Made by a program: the position numbers and the translations under genes. From the IMG/VR virus record IMGVR_UViG_3300033412_000476, positions 1-64,000 of that record: 64,000 nt of DNA, one strand, 5' to 3'. The notes beneath the pieces were generated by a model. The model ran no database searches. It was not told the DNA's origin and saw only the letters and a program-made list of their open reading frames with translations. Below are positions 60,670 to 64,000 of the stretch, one piece after another. The stretch comes from a virus. Its lineage: Duplodnaviria; Caudoviricetes. Within the stretch, counting starts at the first letter, position 1. Every line of letters starts with the position of its first letter.

Positions 60670-62598
60670 CTACCGTAGCGGATTGCTCGACCGAATAAAA
60701 CCCTGCTTGAAGAGCGTGAACAGACTCGGTCGCGGGTTCTTGCCGTACTTGTTCTCGAGATAGCCCTTCCATGCGTTGCTCGCTTGGATGAGCGACCAGC
60801 TACCGCTGGCGAGCTGACTGCAGATCTGCGTGTGCATCTGCTTGTCCGCGGCCGTCACGACGTAGCGATACGGTGAGTTGGTGACGAACTTCTGCCAGTC
60901 TTCCTCGCACGGCAGCGAGCCGTGCTGCGTGACGGCCGGTGTTGGGGGCGGCAGATCAGGAACATCCGCGGCACACGCTGGCCGCGGTTGACCCTCACAG
61001 ATCTCACAGGCATTGCCGGCGCGCGTCCACCAGACCGCGCAAGCCGCACGCGCCGTGCGGACAACACTCGTAACCGTCGCCGTGAAAAGGCCAGGGAGGA
61101 GATCTCGATAGCGCGTGATGGCGACGCCGAGACGATAATAAAGGTCAGCCGTTGCCCCGTCGGCGAGCAGCCGGTAGCCGGCGCCGGTGAAAGTTCGGCT
61201 GAAGGGGTCACGTACGACGAAGAACGGTTCGTAGCCTCCACCGACCGCGCCTCCGATGAGCGAAACGAGTTTGTCCGCAATCCGCTGCATCGAGTTTTGG
61301 AATGGAGCGAGCGGTGAGCTCGCCACGGCCTGCTGCACTTTGGCGCCGAACTCGACGCTCTTCAGACACTGCGCGTCACTCGGATCGCACGTGAGCGCCG
61401 GATTGGCGAGCGCGATACGTGTGCGGGCGGTGACGTTGGTCAATAGGCCCTTGAAGTAGTCCGCGTAGTCCGTGCGCGTAACCGGCTGGCGTGCGATCGC
61501 GCCGTCGCTTCGCTTGGCGAAGCTGCCGTCTGCAGCAAGGCGCGGCGAGCTCTGCGCCAGCCACATGTTCAGATGCGTCTGCAGAACCACGTCGTAGCTC
61601 GCACCAAGAATCGTCCGCACGTGGTCTGCAACCGCATCGAGGCCGAACGCGAGGTTCGGATACGCCTGAGTGCCGTAGAAGGTGATCTTCGGCGCCGTCG
61701 CTTCGCCACGCGCGTGCGCTAGGTACGTCGAGAGCGAAACGACGCTGTTGGCCTTACCCATGCCGAGTGGCCAGTAGCTCGGGTCGCTGCCGCTGTAGCC
61801 CCAGTCTTGCACTGACCACAGCCGCCACTGCATGCACGCACGCAGCAGCGCCGGATCGCTAGCGTAGCGCTTGAGATCGGCGCGGTCCTTGTCGCCGTGG
61901 CTGGCAATCCAGTGCGCGGCCCACGTCGACGACCACGGCTGCATTGCCGCAAGCAAGAGCGGCCAGATGGGGCTCGGATGCTGATACAGTGGCGAACGCG
62001 CGCCAGGCGCCGCAGCCCACTGCACCACGAGCTCAGAGAATGGCGAGGGGCAGAGGCGTGAGTTGACTGCAGCATCGCGAATCGCGGTCGTGGCTGCGGT
62101 CTTTGCGAAATCTGCTTTCGCGACCGCCCACGCGGCGACCTCACTTGCGGCCGCTCCGATCGACTTGGGCCCGGTGCCGAAGATCACCGGCAGAAGCGCA
62201 AGCTCGGGCACGCCTGCGATGCCGCCCGAGTAGATGTCACTCCACGGAAATGGGAAGGCAAAGAGCGCGTAGTTGACGTGTGCCCAGCAGTCGAGCGCCC
62301 AGACGACCTTGAACTCCGACGATGACGTCGAGCTCGGGCGCATCGCGAGCGCGGCACGCAGGTAGTTTTGCACCCACGTGAAGTAGTCACGCGGGAAGAC
62401 GAGCTGCGCACTCTGCGCATTCGGATCACCGCCAAACTCGAGCCACGCGGCAGGACAGCGGTAAGTGTAGATCGCGTCGCCGCTCATGTTGCCGGCGTTG
62501 CACTGCCGCACGGCATAGCTCGGTCCGCTCACGACAGGCTGCGAAGCTCGCAGCGCCTCGAGCTTGTTGAAATACGTCAGTGTGTCGGCTTGCGCCAC
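60670..62598 (-). CDS. Large putative virion protein (642 aa)
   Basis: Long ORF in the structural operon; C-terminal domain shared with 59974-60660. Confidence 0.65.
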   Translation of the reverse strand: MAQADTLTYFNKLEALRASQPVVSGPSYAVRQCNAGNMSGDAIYTYRCPAAWLEFGGDPNAQSAQLVFPRDYFTWVQNYLRAALAMRPSSTSSSEFKVVWALDCWAHVNYALFAFPFPWSDIYSGGIAGVPELALLPVIFGTGPKSIGAAASEVAAWAVAKADFAKTAATTAIRDAAVNSRLCPSPFSELVVQWAAAPGARSPLYQHPSPIWPLLLAAMQPWSSTWAAHWIASHGDKDRADLKRYASDPALLRACMQWRLWSVQDWGYSGSDPSYWPLGMGKANSVVSLSTYLAHARGEATAPKITFYGTQAYPNLAFGLDAVADHVRTILGASYDVVLQTHLNMWLAQSSPRLAADGSFAKRSDGAIARQPVTRTDYADYFKGLLTNVTARTRIALANPALTCDPSDAQCLKSVEFGAKVQQAVASSPLAPFQNSMQRIADKLVSLIGGAVGGGYEPFFVVRDPFSRTFTGAGYRLLADGATADLYYRLGVAITRYRDLLPGLFTATVTSVVRTARAACAVWWTRAGNACEICEGQPRPACAADVPDLPPPTPAVTQHGSLPCEEDWQKFVTNSPYRYVVTAADKQMHTQICSQLASGSWSLIQASNAWKGYLENKYGKNPRPSLFTLFKQGFIRSSNPLR

Positions 62599-62607
62599 AG
62601 CGGCGCC

Positions 62608-63030
62608 TTACCGGCGACGCGGCTTGGCGTAGCCCTGCACGGCCGCGACGCCGAGCGTGATGAGCGGCATGAAGATGCCGGCGAGGCCATAGCCGACGGT
62701 CGCCAGCGTCTTGCCGCCCGAGCGCTTGTAGCCGTGGTAGCCGCCGACGAAGGCGCCGAGGATGTGCGCGGTCGTCATCGCGATCGAGCTCTGCACGCTC
62801 GGAACCGCGAGCGGCATGCCGAACGTTTCTTGGCTCCACTGGTTGGCGCGAGACATACGCGCCGCGACCTGATCGACCGGCCCGCCGTTGTCGACCGAAC
62901 CGTTGCTGCCGTTGACCGCCGCCGTCGTCATGATCTGCGCAGGCGGCTGAGGCACCGAGTTGTTCGGCAAGGGGTCGAACGCCGGCACCGAGGGGTCCTG
63001 CAGCGCAGCGATCGTCGTGGAATCTGCCAT
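62608..63030 (-). CDS. Membrane protein, YHGY.R family paralogue 1
   Basis: GAGGAG RBS; GGYHGYKRS...G..G.F.P......QGYAKPRRR. Confidence 0.68.
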   Translation of the reverse strand: MADSTTIAALQDPSVPAFDPLPNNSVPQPPAQIMTTAAVNGSNGSVDNGGPVDQVAARMSRANQWSQETFGMPLAVPSVQSSIAMTTAHILGAFVGGYHGYKRSGGKTLATVGYGLAGIFMPLITLGVAAVQGYAKPRRR

Positions 63031-63046
63031 GGGGTCGTCCTTCTCC

Positions 63047-63559
63047 TCAGCGCCGACCGCGCGGCCGCGCGTAACCTTGTGCGATCGAAACGATGGGCGT
63101 GACCACCGGGAAGATCGCGCCCATGAAGCCCCAGCCGACGCCGGCCATCACCGATCGGTCTCGCCGGTAGCCGTGGTAGGCCGAGATGCCGGCACTCACG
63201 AGCGAGAGCGCAGCCGTCGCGATGACTGCGCCAAGCTGCACCGTCGGGCTCGACTTCTGCCAAGGAAACGTCGGCAGACCGGGCAGGTTCATCGCGACCG
63301 GATCGCCGGAGCTCTGCGTGACGTCGACCATCGGATCGCTCGCCGAGGTCGCGAGTACCTGATCACCGACAGCGCCGAGGCCGTGAAGCAGCCGAGCGGT
63401 GCCGAACAAGCCGCCGAGCGTCGTCTGTCGAAGCAGGTTTTGCGGCTGCTGCGGTGTGACGCGGCGAGGCTGCCCCATCCAGTTGGTGCGCACCATGGGC
63501 TCGAACGCCGCGCCCAGGCGACCCAGCGTCATAATCTCGGTTGGCGCCATGTACGGCAT
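63047..63559 (-). CDS. Membrane protein, YHGY.R family paralogue 2
   Basis: SAYHGYRR.RS..GVGWG..G.IFP...P...AQGYARP; LHGLG motif. Confidence 0.68.
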   Translation of the reverse strand: MPYMAPTEIMTLGRLGAAFEPMVRTNWMGQPRRVTPQQPQNLLRQTTLGGLFGTARLLHGLGAVGDQVLATSASDPMVDVTQSSGDPVAMNLPGLPTFPWQKSSPTVQLGAVIATAALSLVSAGISAYHGYRRDRSVMAGVGWGFMGAIFPVVTPIVSIAQGYARPRGRR

Positions 63560-63563
63560 CGAT

Positions 63564-63992
63564 TCAACCCTTCGAGTACCAAGGCCGCGGTTTGCTGCCG
63601 ATGCGCGCGAAGATCGACTGCTTGACTGCAGCAACCTCGTTGTGCGCAGCGCTCGCGCGAATCGCGGCATTCTGCGCGGCGATCTCGCGGCTCGCTTTGT
63701 CCTGCGCCACGAAGTTCGCGAGGTCGGTCGCCGTGAGATACTCGTCGGGCGGCAGATAGCCCTTGGTCAGCGGCCTGCGGTGAATGTTGGGATTGACCGT
63801 CTGCACGGTCAGAGCCGTTGCGCCGTTGCTCGTGCCAAACGAGGCCGGCGACATCTGCACCGGCGGAACACCAGCAGCCGCAACGAGCACGCCCGAGTGC
63901 TGCTCACCGTAGTCACGCGCCGAGACGTAGCCCTGCGCGTTCTGCGTGAACTGGATCGCAGCAGAACCACTCTTCCAGCGCGTGAACATCAT
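63564..63992 (-). CDS. hypothetical protein (may begin outside the window)
   Basis: ORF track; GAAGGG RBS for the next gene lies in its 3' end. Confidence 0.55.
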   Translation of the reverse strand: MMFTRWKSGSAAIQFTQNAQGYVSARDYGEQHSGVLVAAAGVPPVQMSPASFGTSNGATALTVQTVNPNIHRRPLTKGYLPPDEYLTATDLANFVAQDKASREIAAQNAAIRASAAHNEVAAVKQSIFARIGSKPRPWYSKG

Positions 63993-64000
63993 CCGCTGCG

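Noticed and set aside
1-64000. tRNA/rRNA genes, IS elements, and tailed-phage terminase, portal, HK97 capsid or tape measure genes
   Set aside because: None recognised by eye (no T-loop cloverleafs, transposases or corresponding motifs); absence needs confirming with tRNAscan and HMM searches and in the rest of the genome

Overview
GC-rich viral DNA, best read as 64 kb of a bacterial dsDNA virus, possibly infecting Myxococcota/Polyangia (inferred from one lipoprotein). No terminase, portal, HK97 capsid or tape measure is recognisable. Four blocks: (1) 1-11.2 kb (+) replication and nucleotide genes: RecD2 helicase, Cas4-like exonuclease, Sak4-like ATPase, SSB, UDG-PolA fusion, ThyX, a Tad1 anti-Thoeris homologue, a lipoprotein, an RHH regulator and an ECF sigma factor. 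(2) 11.2-21.8 kb (mostly +) small membrane and basic proteins, two cell-wall hydrolase candidates and four tandem LamG-like paralogues. (3) 21.9-45.6 kb a divergently transcribed early-type region centred on an AT-rich palindromic switch at about 35.25 kb. It holds about 55 mostly small genes, including UvrD, a Spo11-like protein, two DNA methyltransferases, RadC, a degenerate RecA, a J-domain protein and a tyrosine recombinase. It is punctuated by 12 exact-core copies of an ECF-like promoter (TGAATN-N15/16-CGTCTAA; 3 more degenerate copies, one at 9.6 kb) and 13 copies of a leader hairpin with covarying stems and a conserved GGA(A) loop. (4) 45.8-64 kb (-) virion module: three paralogous single jelly-roll-like capsid candidates, two double jelly-roll-like proteins, fibre proteins, tail-anchored membrane proteins and Cys/Arg protamine-like proteins. 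Many of these carry an adenovirus-protease-like (M/I/L)xGxG motif. Most interesting: the promoter-hairpin cassette regulon, and the apparently tailless, membrane-containing, multi-jelly-roll virion with possible proteolytic maturation. All family assignments come from motif recognition by eye; no searches were run. Many start codons were moved downstream of the ORF-track starts using RBS and stop/start overlaps.
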